Both the position numbers and the translations under genes were made by a program. DNA of 60,209 nucleotides from Vulcanimicrobiota bacterium. GTDB taxonomy: Bacteria > Vulcanimicrobiota > Vulcanimicrobiia > Vulcanimicrobiales > Vulcanimicrobiaceae. Positions 8,845-18,406 of this stretch are shown piece after piece. Location of the stretch: NCBI GenBank assembly GCA_003135555.1, contig PLCF01000063.1:1-60209 (forward strand), given 5' to 3'. The first letter of the stretch is position 1. Every line of letters begins with the position of its first letter. Under the pieces are notes generated by a model. The model ran no database searches. It was not told the origin of the DNA and saw only the letters and a list, made by a program, of their open reading frames with translations.

Positions 8845-10149
8845 TTAGCGCTGGGCGTAGGTCTGGCCGCGCCGAGTGAGCACGAGCTCGGCGTAGAGCG
8901 CGTTGGGCCACGCGAAATCTTCACGCGTGTACGACTCGGGCCAATCGGAGTTGAACGATTCGTGCAGGCGGTGGTCGCCGACGTCGGAGACCGCGATCCA
9001 GCTGAAGAGCTGGTCGACCTCTTTGTCGTCGCTTGCGGTCAGCGCTTGCACGCACAGGGCGAGCGGCCATACGTAGCCGTGCGGTGTATGCGGGCTCCCG
9101 ATCCCCTGCGCGTACTTGCCGCGGAAGAAGTACGGGTTGCGCTCGGAGAGGGCGAAGCGGCGGGTCGCCAGATAGAGCGAGTTCGTACGCGGAAGATACC
9201 CGAAGTAGGGGATCGAGAGGAGCGAGGGGATGTTGGCGTCGTCCATCACGTTGGCGTGGCCGCGCCCGTCGACTTCGTAGGCGTAGATGCGGCCGAACGG
9301 CGCCAGCTCGAGGGTGCCGTACTGCTCGATCCCGCGCTGGATCTCGACCGAGAGCCCCCACGCATTGCGCGCCATGCGCTCGTCGTGCCACACGTCGCGC
9401 GCGACCTTGGTGAGGTCCCGCATCACCACCGACGCGAACATGTTCACCGGGATGTTGTAGTGGTAGCGAACCGGGTCGTCGGAGGGGCGGAAGGCGGTCC
9501 ACACCATCCCCGTGTAGCGCACCGCGCTGCCGCGCCCGTTGTTGGCGAGTTGCGGGTGTCGGTAGCGCGAGCGTCGCGGGTGGCGCTGCTCGACGCGCAT
9601 CGTCGCCAGCACCCGATCGAACGCCCGGCGTACCTCGGGGGTGAAGATGCTGCGGTCTCCGGTTTCCTTGTAATAGTCGGAGGCGAACCACACCGGGTAG
9701 AGCAGCGAGTCGACTTCGAATTTTCGCTCGACCACGCGGTAGTTCTTGGAGAACGCGTTGGCGTAGGGGTCGAGCAGGATGTACTTGGCTTGGCGCGCGA
9801 CGACCCCGCGCAACGTCCGGGCCACGTCGCCGTCGTGCCGCGAGAGCCCGATGTAGGGCCGAACGGTCGCGCTTGCGTCGCGTAGCCACTCGGCCTCGAT
9901 GTCGCCGGTCGAAACGTAGGTCGTGCCGTCGCGCTGGGCGAGCGCGTGGCGCTGAATCGTCTCGTCGTAGGCCGTGAGGTAGAGCCGGTCGAGCTTGGCG
10001 TTGAGGACGGGGCTGAGGGTGAGCCCGTCGCCGGCGCGCACGGGAACAGCGGTGGCGATAACGGAGAGCGCGACCACGGCGGTGAGAATCCGGCGGTGGA
10101 TGCGATTCAGCAACTCACCATCCGTATCGGCACGTTTCCGTAGTACCAT
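8845..10149 (-). CDS. Glycoside hydrolase family 125 (exo-alpha-1,6-mannosidase-like), probably secreted
   Basis: TGDIEAEWLRD, LLDPYANAF, ERKFEVDSL, FRPSDD, YAYEVDG, MDDANIPSLL, FAWPN; start uncertain (10149 ATG or 10113 TTG). Confidence 0.88.
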   Translation of the reverse strand: MVLRKRADTDGELLNRIHRRILTAVVALSVIATAVPVRAGDGLTLSPVLNAKLDRLYLTAYDETIQRHALAQRDGTTYVSTGDIEAEWLRDASATVRPYIGLSRHDGDVARTLRGVVARQAKYILLDPYANAFSKNYRVVERKFEVDSLLYPVWFASDYYKETGDRSIFTPEVRRAFDRVLATMRVEQRHPRRSRYRHPQLANNGRGSAVRYTGMVWTAFRPSDDPVRYHYNIPVNMFASVVMRDLTKVARDVWHDERMARNAWGLSVEIQRGIEQYGTLELAPFGRIYAYEVDGRGHANVMDDANIPSLLSIPYFGYLPRTNSLYLATRRFALSERNPYFFRGKYAQGIGSPHTPHGYVWPLALCVQALTASDDKEVDQLFSWIAVSDVGDHRLHESFNSDWPESYTREDFAWPNALYAELVLTRRGQTYAQR

Positions 10150-10194
10150 AAACAGGGAACGTAAACTACCCCGGATTTCCGCCCGAGGCCCGAG

Positions 10195-10956
10195 ATGATC
10201 TTCCGCCGCGCCGTGCTTGCCGGCACGTTCGCGCTTCTGGTCGCCGCCGCGGCGCCGGCCGTGGCACGAGCAGACCAGGCGTATGCGGTGGAGGGGCACG
10301 ATACGTTTCGCGTCGGTAACGGCGAGGTGCGCAGCGAGACCGTGTATCACGGCGTGCAGCGCCTCACGATCCGGCGTAGCAAGGCAAAAACGACCTTCGT
10401 TGCGGTCGTCGAGTACGACCGGGACGCCGACGGCGCTAAGCAACATCAGCGCGCCTCGTTCACCTCGTTCTTGCTTCCCTCGGGCGAGCAAAAGGACGGT
10501 CCGGCCGCCGATCCCGACTATCTCACCGTCCTCAATCAACCGTTTGCGGTGTTGCTCGACAAGCCGACGATGCGTGATCTCGCTCACGTCAAACGTCCGG
10601 TTCCGTTCGACTTCCCGTCGCCGATGACGGGGGCTCCCTTACGCGGCACGCTGCGGCATTTACCCGACGCGCTGGTGGGCGGCAACCGCGCGATGGGGAT
10701 CGCCTTCGAAGCCCATGGGCCGCTCCACGGGGCGCTTCCGGAGCGGCCCGCCATGCAGCTGGCGGGCTCGATCACGATGAAAGGGACGGCGTACTACGAC
10801 TACGCGACCACCCTGCTCGTCGCGCTCGAGGCCACCCTGGCGATCGACGGCAACCTCGACGACGCCGCCCGCCGGGCGCCCGTCTCCATCGTCTACACGC
10901 GCTCGATCCGGGCCGCGGTCGGCCAGCAAGCAGCCCGAATCGCTCCCGTGCCCTGA
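10195..10956 (+). CDS. Exported hypothetical protein
   Basis: Signal peptide MIFRRAVL...AVARA; host-like codon usage. Confidence 0.7.
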   Translation: MIFRRAVLAGTFALLVAAAAPAVARADQAYAVEGHDTFRVGNGEVRSETVYHGVQRLTIRRSKAKTTFVAVVEYDRDADGAKQHQRASFTSFLLPSGEQKDGPAADPDYLTVLNQPFAVLLDKPTMRDLAHVKRPVPFDFPSPMTGAPLRGTLRHLPDALVGGNRAMGIAFEAHGPLHGALPERPAMQLAGSITMKGTAYYDYATTLLVALEATLAIDGNLDDAARRAPVSIVYTRSIRAAVGQQAARIAPVP

Positions 10957-11040
10957 GCCCCGGACCCCGGCCGAAGGCGAATTGATCGATTAAGGGAACA
11001 CGCGCAACCGGCGCTTGGACGGGCCCGGTTGAGGACCCTG

Positions 11041-11694
11041 ATGAGTGCGCTCGCAGCACCGTTCATCGGAGACCACTACCGCGTGACCGCACCGGCGACG
11101 GTGTCGCAACCCGTTCCGGGTCCCGAGACCTTCGAAACGATCGTCGACGATTTTCAGCGTCGGCTCTACGGCTTCGCGCTCCGCATGACGGGCAACCGCG
11201 AAGACGCCGAAGAGATCGTTCAGGATGCCTTCGTGCGCGCCTACCGGGCCCTGGCCAAGATGGACCCCCAACAGCGCGCCGAGCTGCGTTTGCAGCCCTG
11301 GCTCTACACGATCACGCTCAACGTCACCCGCAACCGGCTGCGCTCGAAGCGACCCACCAACGTCGCTCTCGACGCGCTGGCCGACCCCGACGCGCTCCTC
11401 AACGAGACCCAAGAAGGGCCCGATCAGCCGGAGCAGATCGTCGACCGCGCCGCCGACATGATCTTGGTCGAGCAGGCCTTGCTGCAGCTGCCGATGCACC
11501 TGCGGGCCGCTGCGACGCTGCGCTTCATCGAAGGCCGCAGCCACCCCGAGATCGCCGAGATCCTCAATCAGCCCATCGGCACGGTGAAATCGCACGTCCA
11601 CCGGGCGGTGCGGATCCTGCGCCGCATCCTCGGGCCCCAAGTCGGACGAATCGTGCCGATCGATCGTCCGTCGCCCGGCGAGGAAGAGGAGTAA
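11041..11694 (+). CDS. ECF-family RNA polymerase sigma factor
   Basis: Region 2 DAEEIVQDAFVRAY...WLYTITLN; region 4 EIAEILNQPIGTVKSHVHRA; GAGG before the ATG at 11041. Confidence 0.92.
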   Translation: MSALAAPFIGDHYRVTAPATVSQPVPGPETFETIVDDFQRRLYGFALRMTGNREDAEEIVQDAFVRAYRALAKMDPQQRAELRLQPWLYTITLNVTRNRLRSKRPTNVALDALADPDALLNETQEGPDQPEQIVDRAADMILVEQALLQLPMHLRAAATLRFIEGRSHPEIAEILNQPIGTVKSHVHRAVRILRRILGPQVGRIVPIDRPSPGEEEE

Positions 11695-11699
11695 ACCCC

Positions 11700-12464
11700 A
11701 TGCGCTGCTGCGACGTCGAACGTCTATGGGACGAGATGCGCGAAGGGGTCGAGCCTCGACGCGAGCACGTCCTTGCCCATCTGCGCGCCTGTCCCGAGTG
11801 CCAGGAGATCTACCGCGAGAACGAGGGCATCGCGTACTGCCTGACCTGTCTGCCGCCGGTCGATCCGCCGCAAAGCCTGGTCCCGGGGATCCTCGACCAC
11901 ATCAAGACCGCGGTCAAAACCATGACCCCCGACTCGATCGCCAAGGTCGACTCGCCGATCGGGGGGCTCTACGTCGCCTTCCGGCACACCGGAATCACCG
12001 CCGTCGCGCTGGACCGCGGCGAAGGTGAGGAAGCGGTCTTCGGCAAGCTCCAGCGCCGGCTGGGCCGCGGCTTGATCCCGTCGCAGGCGCCGCAGTGGGT
12101 CAGCGACACGGTGGCCGCGTTCTTCCGGACCCACCGCCCCGATCTCGAGAAGGTCGATATCAGCGACCTCACGCCGTTCGAACAGTCCGCGCTGCGGGCC
12201 GCCGCGACGATTCCGCCGGGCGAGGTTCGTTCCTACGGTTGGATCGCCGAATCGATCGGGCAACCGGCCGCGTCGCGCGCCGTCGGGCGCGCCATGGCGC
12301 GCAATCCGGTCCCGTTTCTGTACCCCTGCCACCGCGTCGTCGATTCCAGCGGCGCGCTGCACCAGTACGCGTACGGCGTCGAACTCAAGGCCCGCATCCT
12401 GGCGATGGAAGGCTATAAGAGCGTCGGCTCGGTCCGAATTGCGGTGAAGGTCCCGCGCGGGTAG
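11700..12464 (+). CDS. Zf-HC2/ZAS domain fused to methylated-DNA--protein-cysteine methyltransferase (Ogt/MGMT)
   Basis: N-terminal HLRACPEC (HxxxCxxC); C-terminal IPPGEVRSYG, RAVGRAMARNP, PCHRVV active site. Confidence 0.9.
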   Translation: MRCCDVERLWDEMREGVEPRREHVLAHLRACPECQEIYRENEGIAYCLTCLPPVDPPQSLVPGILDHIKTAVKTMTPDSIAKVDSPIGGLYVAFRHTGITAVALDRGEGEEAVFGKLQRRLGRGLIPSQAPQWVSDTVAAFFRTHRPDLEKVDISDLTPFEQSALRAAATIPPGEVRSYGWIAESIGQPAASRAVGRAMARNPVPFLYPCHRVVDSSGALHQYAYGVELKARILAMEGYKSVGSVRIAVKVPRG

Positions 12465-12471
12465 CGTAGCG

Positions 12472-12477
12472 TATACT
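12472..12477 (+). promoter_or_regulatory. Candidate sigma70 -10 box for the intergenic RNA
   Basis: TATACT; no convincing -35 box. Confidence 0.35.
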
Positions 12478-12483
12478 CACCTC

Positions 12484-12671
12484 ACAAAACGTCCGCGGCT
12501 CCTTCAGACGAGATATCAACGAAGGCTAACAGTCGGACAAGAGGAGGTGGTCATCGTTACTAGCGACAGTCCCAATCAATGTCTCACGATGATCGGAGGG
12601 CTCCGGACATAGTCCGGTCTCCGCAAACCGAACCAACCTTGTCCGCCGCCCCGTCGGGGGCGGCTTTTTTT
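12484..12671 (+). ncRNA. Candidate structured small RNA (family not recognised)
   Basis: A/T-richer intergenic stretch between a -10 box and an intrinsic terminator, with nested stems CGGACAAG/CTTGTCCG, TCATCGT/ACGATGA, CCGGAC/GTCCGG and CCTTC/GAAGG. Confidence 0.5.
12645..12671 (+). terminator. Rho-independent terminator
   Basis: GCCGCCCC-GTCG-GGGGCGGC followed by T7. Confidence 0.85.
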
Positions 12672-12813
12672 CACCATCCGGGTCGGCATGCACGCAGGTC
12701 CGGATCGACAAGCTACCACCCTCGGCGTGGGCTTCGCCCGAAGGGCGAGGCTTCGGGCGCAAACCCGAATCCACCAGAGGTCCCGCGCGTCGATCGCAGA
12801 AAACCTGCGGTTC

Positions 12814-13509
12814 GTGTCCCGGCACGTTCTGCTGACCGGTTTCGAGCCGTTCGGATCCCATTCGACAAACCCCAGCGAGCTGCTCGTGCGCAGCCTCGAA
12901 GGCCGCATCGTCGGCGGGCGGCTTATCCGCGGACGCGTTTTCCCGGTGGAGAGCAACTCGTTGCGCGGCCGCCTCGAAACGGCACTGCGCGAGGAACGCC
13001 CCGAGTTCGCGATCGGGCTCGGGTACGCTCCCGGACGCACCGCGCTGGCGCTCGAACGGGTGAGCGTGAACGTCCTGGACTTCGCCATTCCCGACGCCTC
13101 GGGAGCGACGCGCAAGAACGAAGCCGTGCGGCCGGGCGGCCCCGATGCGTACCTCTCGACCGTGCCGTTGGATGAGATCGAGCGCGCCTGGACGAGCGCC
13201 GGCGTGCCGGGCTACGTCTCCGACAGCGCGGGCACCTATCTGTGCAATCAATGGCTCTATGAGGCACTCTCGCTGACGTCCCAGACAAACCCGACCATCC
13301 CGGTCGGCTTCATCCACGTCCCCGCGCTCCCGGCCCAAGCCGCACAGCTCGGCGCCGCGAACACGCCCTCGATGACGGTCGAGCTCATGGTAAAAGGGAT
13401 CGAGACCGCGATCGAAGCGCTCGGGCAGTGGATCGCGTCCAAGCCCGCGGCGCAGCCGCAACCCGCGGCGGACAAACTCTGGATCCCCGGCGGATTGGCG
13501 AAACGTTGA
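12814..13509 (+). CDS. pcp: Pyroglutamyl-peptidase I
   Basis: LLTGFEPFG...NPS, ALERVSVN, SAGTYLCN, GFIHVP; GTG start inferred. Confidence 0.92.
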   Translation: MSRHVLLTGFEPFGSHSTNPSELLVRSLEGRIVGGRLIRGRVFPVESNSLRGRLETALREERPEFAIGLGYAPGRTALALERVSVNVLDFAIPDASGATRKNEAVRPGGPDAYLSTVPLDEIERAWTSAGVPGYVSDSAGTYLCNQWLYEALSLTSQTNPTIPVGFIHVPALPAQAAQLGAANTPSMTVELMVKGIETAIEALGQWIASKPAAQPQPAADKLWIPGGLAKR

Positions 13510-15329
13510 GCGACAACAACGAACCCGATCCACGCCTCTACGCGATCCCCGACATCCACGGTCACGCGAAAGGCGAGCACAAGCCGTACACCGAGGAACG
13601 GCCGCTTCCGCTCACCGCGCGGATGTTGTTCCTGTGGTTCTATCACGCGTGCCGCCGCGGCTACCCGCGCTTCTTGATGGTCGCGGACCACATGAACTAT
13701 CTGACCTTCGAGGACCCGGCGGCGGTCAACCTCGTGCGCCGTGCCCTCAAGCTCGCCCAAGCCGGCGACCTCTACGGCGCGGCGGAGACGGCCAACGTCG
13801 ACGTCGGGCACGCCGCGGTCGTGAGCGAGGGGCTGCGCCGCGGGATGCGGTACTCGATCGGCGCCGAGGTCGACAACGACCCGCGCTCGCGCCCCGACGC
13901 ACAGAACATCGTCGATGCGATGCGGCCCGACGGCATCATACGCTCGGTGCACTTCCTGCCGATCACGCACCCGGTCCACGGCGACAATTGGCCCTGGCCC
14001 TTCGACAATCCCGAGTTCCAGGAGCTGTTCGACGTCGTCGGCGTCGAGCGCACCTGGGAGCTGTACATCAACGCACTCGTCGACGCGATCGAGCGCCTCC
14101 CGGGGCACATCGTCGGACATTTCTTCGTTCCGGCGGTGTTCGGGCACTGGCCTGACGACGCCAAGCTCGACGCGTATGAGAATCGCGTCCTCGACGCCGC
14201 CGAGGCGCGTGGGATGGCGATCGAGTTCAACACGCGCTTCTTCTACCGCGATCACAGCAACGAGGAAAAGGACCGCTACCTCGACGCCAACCAGCGCCTG
14301 TTGCGCAAAGCCAAGGCGCGCGGCGTGCAGATCGCCATCGGTTCGGATGCGCACTCGCCCAAGGACCAGGGCGGCGCATTCGAGGTCGTGCTGCACGTCC
14401 TCGACGCGCTCGACATCAACGAGATCGTCTTTCCGCTCGGCGGCCAACTCCGCCGGGTTGCGTTGCGCGTGTTCCGCGAGCCCGAACCCGAACCGGTACC
14501 GGAGGCGCCGGCCCCGGAGCCGCAGCCGGTTGCGCAAGCCGCCGCCGAGCCCGCAAGACCCGTGCGCAAAGCTCGGGCAACCGCCGCCTCCACCCGCCCG
14601 GCGTCGACGTCTCCCGAACGGCCTCCGGAGCGTTCTGAGAGCTCCGCGGCCGCCGCCGAAGCACCCCCCGAGCCGCCCCCCAAGGCCGCCCCCAAGCGCA
14701 AGGAAACGCCGTCCACGCCGGCCGCGGAACCGGTCACCCCGCCGGCGCCCAAGCCTCCCGCGAAGGCCGCCAAAGCGGCCCCCGTGAAGCCGCCGGCCGC
14801 CAAGACGCCCGCCAAAGCGGCGCACGTCGCGAAGCCGCCGCCGCCCAAGGCCGCCGCGAAGCCGCCGGCTCGACCCAAGCCCGCCGCGCCCAAGCCTCCC
14901 GCGCCCAAGGCTCCCGCGCCCAAGCCTCCCGCGCCCAAGGCTGTGGCGAAGGCCGCAGCCCAAAAGGCCGCGCCTGTGAAGAAAGCCGCCAAGGCCGCAC
15001 CGGCCGCGCGCGCCGCGGCGAAGAAAGCCGCCCCGTCCCGCAAGAGCGCACCCGCGAAGAAAGCCGCGCCCGCCAAGAAGCCGGCCCCGGCCAAGAAGGC
15101 CGTGCACGCGAAGAAGGCCGGTCCGGCCAAGAAGGTCGCGCCCGCCAAAAAGGCCGCACCGGCCAAGAAACCCGTCAAGAAAGCTGCGCCGGCCCGCCCG
15201 GTGCCGAAGCGCGCCGCGCCGAAGAAGCCCGCGACCCGCAAACCCGCGGCGGCCCGGAGCGCGCCGGCCCGTAAATCGGCCGCTGCAAAGAAGACGACTG
15301 CGAAAAAGACGGCGCCCAAACGCCGTTGA
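13506..15329 (+). CDS. PHP-domain (histidinol-phosphatase-like) protein with long Pro/Ala/Lys-rich histone-H1-like tail
   Basis: DIHGH, VADH, GAEVD, RSVH, IVGH, IEFN, IGSDAH metal-binding motifs; C-terminal ~290 aa of PAKK-type repeats; TTG overlaps the pcp stop. Confidence 0.8.
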   Translation: MSDNNEPDPRLYAIPDIHGHAKGEHKPYTEERPLPLTARMLFLWFYHACRRGYPRFLMVADHMNYLTFEDPAAVNLVRRALKLAQAGDLYGAAETANVDVGHAAVVSEGLRRGMRYSIGAEVDNDPRSRPDAQNIVDAMRPDGIIRSVHFLPITHPVHGDNWPWPFDNPEFQELFDVVGVERTWELYINALVDAIERLPGHIVGHFFVPAVFGHWPDDAKLDAYENRVLDAAEARGMAIEFNTRFFYRDHSNEEKDRYLDANQRLLRKAKARGVQIAIGSDAHSPKDQGGAFEVVLHVLDALDINEIVFPLGGQLRRVALRVFREPEPEPVPEAPAPEPQPVAQAAAEPARPVRKARATAASTRPASTSPERPPERSESSAAAAEAPPEPPPKAAPKRKETPSTPAAEPVTPPAPKPPAKAAKAAPVKPPAAKTPAKAAHVAKPPPPKAAAKPPARPKPAAPKPPAPKAPAPKPPAPKAVAKAAAQKAAPVKKAAKAAPAARAAAKKAAPSRKSAPAKKAAPAKKPAPAKKAVHAKKAGPAKKVAPAKKAAPAKKPVKKAAPARPVPKRAAPKKPATRKPAAARSAPARKSAAAKKTTAKKTAPKRR

Positions 15330-16993
15330 GGAGGACCCGCTTGCGTAACCTCGTGATCGGTGCGCTCGCCTGCGTGCTGTCGATGAGCGCGTGTTCGAAG
15401 ATCGGCGATCAAACCAACGCCGGCGGAAGCGCGCGCACCACCGGAACCGTTCCGGGCGAGCTGCGGGTCGCGATCCAGCGCGCGCCCAACACGCTCAACC
15501 CGATCCTCTCGGCCAACACGACCGAAGGTTTCTTGAACCGCTTGACGTTCGACACGCTGATCAGCGTCGACGGCACCACCAAGAAGACCATTCCGATCCT
15601 GGCAACCGAGGTTCCGACCGAACAGAACGGCGGCATCAGCAAGAACGGCCTGACGATCACCTACCACTTGCACACCGGCGTGAAGTGGCACGACGGCGTC
15701 CCCTTCACCAGCAAGGACGTAAAGTTCACCTGGCAAGCGATGATGAACACCGCCAACAACGTGAACGCGCGCATCGGCTACGAGGACGTGCAGTCCGTTC
15801 AGACGCCGGACGACACCACGGTCATCTTCCAGCTCAAACACAAGTTCGCGCCGTTCGTCAACACCGTGTTCGCCGAAAGCGACAACCCGGTCTGCATCCT
15901 GCCCGAGCACCTGCTGGCGAAGTTTCCCAACCTCAATCAGATCCCGTTCAACCAGGCACCCATCGGCACGGGTCCGTTCAAGGTCGCAGCGTGGATCCGC
16001 GGCGATCACATCGAGCTGGTCGCCAACGACGACTACTTCCGCGGCAAGCCGAAGCTGCGCCGCATCTTGGTGCGCGAGATTCCCGCGGAGAACACGTCGA
16101 TCAACGCCTTGCGCTCGCACGACATCGACTGGATCTTCGAGGCCTCACCGCAAGTCTACAAACAGATCAAGACGCTGCCCGAGATCAAGGTCGTTTTCAA
16201 CGACCAGCCGCAGACGTTGGGGATGCAGATGAATACGTCGCGGCCGCTTTTGAGCGACGTTCGAGTGCGGCGCGCCATCGCATACGCGGTCGACAAACAG
16301 GCTCTCGTCGACAAGAACACCGGCGGCAGCGCTCAGGTCGCATGGGCCGACCAGCCGCCGTTTTCGTGGGCGTACGAACCCGACGTGACGAAGTATCCGC
16401 ACGACGTTGCGAAAGCGAAGCAACTCCTCACCGACGCCGGCTGGACCCCCGGCCCCGACGGGATCGTTCGTAAGAACGGACGCCCGCTCTCGCTGCAGCT
16501 CTCGTACAACGTCGAGAACGCGACCCGCACGCTGGTCGCGGTGCAGATTCAATCGATGCTCAAAGAGGCCGGGATCGACGCGCAAATCAAGACCTACCCG
16601 GCCAATCTCCTGTTCGCGACCTACGGTCAGGGCGGGATCATGACCACCGGAAAATACGATCTCGCGGTGACCGGCTGGATCGCCGGAGACGACCCCGACG
16701 ATCACTCGCTCTTTGCGAGCGACCAAATCCCCAAACCTGGGCACCCCGACGGAGTGAACTACACGCGCTATCAGAATCCCGAAATGGACGCGGCGCAGCG
16801 AGCGGCGCTGTCCTCGTACGATGAGGCGGTGCGCAAGAAAGCGTACTCGCAGATTCAGAAGCTGCTCGCGCGCGACGTGCCCGAGGACTTCATCTGGTTC
16901 CCGCGCCAAGCCCAGCCGATCAATCCGGAGTTCAAGGGCTTCGCCCCGAACCCGGTCAACGAGGCCTGGAACGCCTACGAGTGGGAAATCTAG
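15326..16993 (+). CDS. Peptide ABC transporter substrate-binding lipoprotein (family 5)
   Basis: Lipobox LSMSAC; VKWHDGVPFTSKDVKFT, PIGTGPF, DVRVRRAIAYAVD. Confidence 0.92.
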   Translation: MRRTRLRNLVIGALACVLSMSACSKIGDQTNAGGSARTTGTVPGELRVAIQRAPNTLNPILSANTTEGFLNRLTFDTLISVDGTTKKTIPILATEVPTEQNGGISKNGLTITYHLHTGVKWHDGVPFTSKDVKFTWQAMMNTANNVNARIGYEDVQSVQTPDDTTVIFQLKHKFAPFVNTVFAESDNPVCILPEHLLAKFPNLNQIPFNQAPIGTGPFKVAAWIRGDHIELVANDDYFRGKPKLRRILVREIPAENTSINALRSHDIDWIFEASPQVYKQIKTLPEIKVVFNDQPQTLGMQMNTSRPLLSDVRVRRAIAYAVDKQALVDKNTGGSAQVAWADQPPFSWAYEPDVTKYPHDVAKAKQLLTDAGWTPGPDGIVRKNGRPLSLQLSYNVENATRTLVAVQIQSMLKEAGIDAQIKTYPANLLFATYGQGGIMTTGKYDLAVTGWIAGDDPDDHSLFASDQIPKPGHPDGVNYTRYQNPEMDAAQRAALSSYDEAVRKKAYSQIQKLLARDVPEDFIWFPRQAQPINPEFKGFAPNPVNEAWNAYEWEI

Positions 16994-17055
16994 TGGCTTC
17001 GCTGACGCTCAGCCTCCCGTTCGGCCTGCGGCCGATCCGACAGAGGAATTTCTAG

Positions 17056-17613
17056 GTGTTCGACGAGCCGCTGCCGTCCACGAGCAGCCTCGCCCGGATC
17101 CCGGAACTGCGCTGGCTGCGTAACGTCATCACCGAGCGCGCGCTCACCCGCGGCGACTACCTGCTCTCCGGTGGCGCGCGCAGCGACTACTACATCGACA
17201 AGTTCAAGCTCTTCGCGGATCCGCAGGTGCTGCGCCGCATCGCGCGGCTGTTCGCGCCGATCATCTCGGAGATCAACCCCGACGTCATCGGCGGCACCGA
17301 ACTGGGCGGCGTGATCATCGCGACCGCCGTATCGGGGATGACCGGGCTGCCGATGATCGTGGTGCGCAAGCAGCCCAAACAGTACGGCGCGTTCGCCGCG
17401 GAGTACGTCGAGGGCCCGTTCAACGCCGGCCAGCACGTCCTGTTACTCGAGGACGTCGTCACCAGCGGGCGCGAGCTGCTCGCCGCGAAGGCGCGGCTCG
17501 AAGAGCTCAACCTGCGCGTCACGCCGCACGCGATCATCTCGCGCGGGCTCGCCCCGGTCAGCTCGCTCATCCAGTTCTCGCTGCCCCGCGACAGCGGCCC
17601 GCGCACGAACTAG
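17056..17613 (+). CDS. pyrE: Orotate phosphoribosyltransferase-like PRTase
   Basis: GDYLLSGGARSDYYIDK, GGTELGG, VRKQPKQYG, PRPP motif LLEDVVTSG. Confidence 0.75.
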   Translation: MFDEPLPSTSSLARIPELRWLRNVITERALTRGDYLLSGGARSDYYIDKFKLFADPQVLRRIARLFAPIISEINPDVIGGTELGGVIIATAVSGMTGLPMIVVRKQPKQYGAFAAEYVEGPFNAGQHVLLLEDVVTSGRELLAAKARLEELNLRVTPHAIISRGLAPVSSLIQFSLPRDSGPRTN

Positions 17614-17626
17614 TTAGCCTTCTAGC

Positions 17627-18406
17627 CTAACGATCGAGGTCGATCGTGCTGTGATCGTCGGCGACGAGGATCTCGCCGGGGAAGAGTTCGCGCGCCGACC
17701 CGTCGAGGTCGTGGTAGGTGGACTCTTGCGGGTAGTGGGTGAGCACCAGCCGCCGAACGCCGGCCTGGCGCGCCATCGCAGCGGCATCGGCGGCCGAACA
17801 GTGACCGCGCATCCCGATCTCGGCCTCGCCGCAGCGTAGCGTAGCCTCGCACAGAAAGACGTCCGTCTCCCGCGCGAGCGCGACGACGCGGTCGTCGGGC
17901 GCCGTGTCGGCGGAGTACGTCACGCTAGCGCCGTAGCGCTCCCAGCGCATCGCAAAGGCCGGAATGTAGTGCGCGGTATGGGCGAAGCGCACCGTCGCGC
18001 CGGCGATTGCGAGCGGCCGCGACGGGTCGTACTCGTGCAGCTCGAACACGTCGTCGAGAAACTCGCCGCCCTCGTGCGGAAACGCCGACACCAGCTTGCG
18101 CAGCATCGCCAACCCGCCCGGCGGCAGGTGGACCGGCAGCTTTGCAGAGCGGCGGCGCGGGCCGTAGCGCAGCGCGTAGCGCAGCGGGATGAGATCGATG
18201 AAGTGATCGGCGTGCATGTGGCTGATGACGATCGCACCCAAGCGATCGTAGTCGACGTGACTGCGCAGATTCGACAGCGCTCCGGTGCCGAGGTCGAAGA
18301 CGACCGGCGTGTCGCCGTCGTCGACGAGGTACGAACTGCAGGCGCGTTCGGGCCGCGGTATCGACGAGCTCGATCCCGCGATGGTCAGCCGCGCCGTCGC
18401 CGTCAG
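17627..18406 (-). CDS. MBL-fold metallo-hydrolase (RNase Z/phosphodiesterase-like)
   Basis: CSSYLV, DLGTG, SHMHADH, YSADT, LCEAT, GH, LTH; probable CTG start overlapping the upstream stop. Confidence 0.85.
   Translation of the reverse strand: MTATARLTIAGSSSSIPRPERACSSYLVDDGDTPVVFDLGTGALSNLRSHVDYDRLGAIVISHMHADHFIDLIPLRYALRYGPRRRSAKLPVHLPPGGLAMLRKLVSAFPHEGGEFLDDVFELHEYDPSRPLAIAGATVRFAHTAHYIPAFAMRWERYGASVTYSADTAPDDRVVALARETDVFLCEATLRCGEAEIGMRGHCSAADAAAMARQAGVRRLVLTHYPQESTYHDLDGSARELFPGEILVADDHSTIDLDR

Noticed and set aside
12484..12671. 6S RNA, SRP RNA, tmRNA or a known riboswitch
   Set aside because: Size fits 6S, but the 5' and 3' ends do not form the long closing stem, and I found no hallmark motifs of the others.
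7274..14942. Short tandem repeats (7274-7320, ~14885-14942) as CRISPR or contingency loci
   Set aside because: In-frame 18- and 15-bp units encoding low-complexity linkers, with no spacers.
13257..16120. Long antisense ORFs (13257..15107, 14276..16120)
   Set aside because: Shadow frames of GC-rich, low-complexity genes on the plus strand.
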